The position numbers were made by a program, and so were the translations under genes. From contig MU053379.1 in assembly GCA_013239625.1 (NCBI GenBank), positions 2,648,866 to 2,712,865 of the forward strand: a DNA stretch of 64,000 nt. Direction: 5' to 3'. The DNA comes from Lama guanicoe. Taxonomy: Eukaryota. The notes beneath the pieces were generated by a model. It searched no databases. It was not told the origin of the DNA and worked only from the letters and a program-made list of their open reading frames with translations. This document shows positions 62,600-64,000 of this stretch, piece by piece. Position 1 is the first letter of the stretch, and each line of letters begins with the position of its first letter.

Positions 62600-64000
62600 G
62601 ATGCGCCACGTACACATGGCTTCCCAAGTGATACCGTCACTCGTTTTGCCTACTTCCGGGCCGATTCTGCGGCAGCTGGAGGAAGTCGACATTCCGTTCG
62701 GGGCTCTGTCTGTGAGCCTGTCGACCGCGGCGTGTGCGGCTGGAGTCCATGTGTTTTCCATGCCGTGTGATGCTCCTGCATGTACGTGATGTCGCAGTTC
62801 ATCGTCCATTTCCCCGTTGACTGATGTTAAGTTGTTCCGGCCATGACAAGCAGCGTCATGGGCATTGTGGGCACAGCTCACGTGCGGGGATCCCTCTCGG
62901 GTGTACCAGGCGATGCCGAAGTGTTTCCCGAGGCCGTGGCGCCTGTGACAGCCGCTGCAGCCGTCCGTGAGGGTCCTCTGCGGCCCGCCGGCCCTCAGCG
63001 CTGCTGGGCTTTCGCAGCTGGCCGTGCTGGTGGTTGGGAAGGTGCCCGCCCCTGGCTGTGAGTGTCCCTCCCCTGATGTCTGACGCAGCTCGGTGCCTTC
63101 TTACTTGTTCGTGGGCCGTTCGTGGTGGGTCCGGGGGAAATGCCTGCCTGTGACGTCTGTCCGTTCGGGGAGGGGTTGTGTCCTCTCCTCGGCTCACAGG
63201 GACTGTGTGTGCTCCGGGCACACGCTCGGCCGGCGGCACGTCCCTCAGAGGTCCCCTCCTCTTTGGGGGCTTACCTTTCCACTTTCCCTACAGCGTAAAC
63301 TAACAGCTGTCCTTAATCTTAACGTGATCTTCTTCTCCTGGGTGTCGTGGGCATCGCTGACCCTTCACTCTTCCAGTAGCAAACTTGTGAAGCTCTGTGG
63401 GCAGCCCCACTGGATTTCACGGAAATGCACCAACCCTTCTGTCAGTTAGGTGACAATGCGGGCTTAGGGGTGTCAGTCCTCCTCGAAGGTGAAAATCTGA
63501 GTGTAACTTACAGCCTGCCTTCTGTGACCAGGGTTCTGCCTCCTCATATTCAGCCGAGGGGTGGTCCCGTGGATCTGCACGGCTATAGGATTCACTATCA
63601 AAAAACATTTCCGTGGAAGTGGACGCAGGGCGTTCAGACTGGTATTGTTCAGGGGTCAGCTGTGTAGGTCGTGATTTATGTTAGTAGAAGTTTATAACTT
63701 TCTCCATCGATGGCTTGCACAATTTTTGTTTGATACGATCCAAAGTGCTTTATATTTTTATTGCTGCTGTTCAGGATCATTTTCTCATTGGTTGCTGCTG
63801 TAGAGTGTATAGAAATGTACTAGCTTTTTGTACGGTTTTGTGTTCTGCACATTGCCACACTCCCTCGTTTATTCAAAGAATGCAGATCCTTTCAGATTTT
63901 CCACACAAAATATTGTATCATCTGCATATAATGACAGTTTTGTTTGTTTCGTTTCAATCTTTGTAACATCTTTCTTTTTCTTGTCTTACTGCGCTGGACA
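62600..64000 (-). mobile_element. Old L1M antisense, strongly GC-shifted at about 62.6-63.26 kb
   Basis: Motif order is colinear with the L1 3' end and ORF2 antisense. It returns to the normal T-rich form after about 63.6 kb. Confidence 0.65.

Noticed and set aside
116..63966. Hundreds of 60-216 aa ORFs in the six-frame track
   Set aside because: They overlap on both strands, often start at non-ATG codons, are Pro/Arg/Gly/Ser-rich in GC patches and show no recognisable homology. Only those containing CFAP61 exons or the L1 ORF2 end are meaningful.
1..64000. CRISPR arrays, operons, rRNA, prokaryotic or viral inserts, processed pseudogenes
   Set aside because: None seen. Everything recognisable fits one spliced mammalian gene plus repeats. 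Small ncRNAs cannot be excluded without an Rfam/Infernal search.

Overview
This is mammalian genomic DNA, most likely from a camelid, judged from seven Vic-1-like tRNA-derived SINEs and matching young L1 3' tails. The window lies inside one large + strand gene, CFAP61 (C20orf26), a motile-cilium/sperm-flagellum axonemal protein. Eight internal coding exons (6207-6334, 21083-21181, 25886-26054, 35828-36002, 45077-45369, 52904-53231, 54279-54370, 61391-61596) have GT-AG junctions and splice in phase into one stop-free 1490-nt frame (about 496 aa). It encodes a degenerate FAD/NAD(P)-binding oxidoreductase-like region. The start and stop codons lie outside the window. The rest is intron carrying L1, SINE, MIR, MLT/ERV LTR and DNA-transposon fossils, and nearly all ORFs in the supplied track are spurious. 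The most notable features are: (1) sharp 0.2-1 kb GC/CpG peaks where old AT-rich repeats, and possibly one exon, look rewritten A/T->G/C, suggesting fossil GC-biased gene-conversion hotspots; (2) a perfect recursive-splice motif at the start of exon 6207; (3) a probable L1 3' transduction nested in another L1; (4) an RFX X-box plus in-frame ATG just upstream of exon 45077; (5) a 290-bp, 289/290-identical tandem duplication beside a G-rich tract. I see no wholly new gene or system. Repeat family names and the human CFAP61 comparison are from memory, not from searches.
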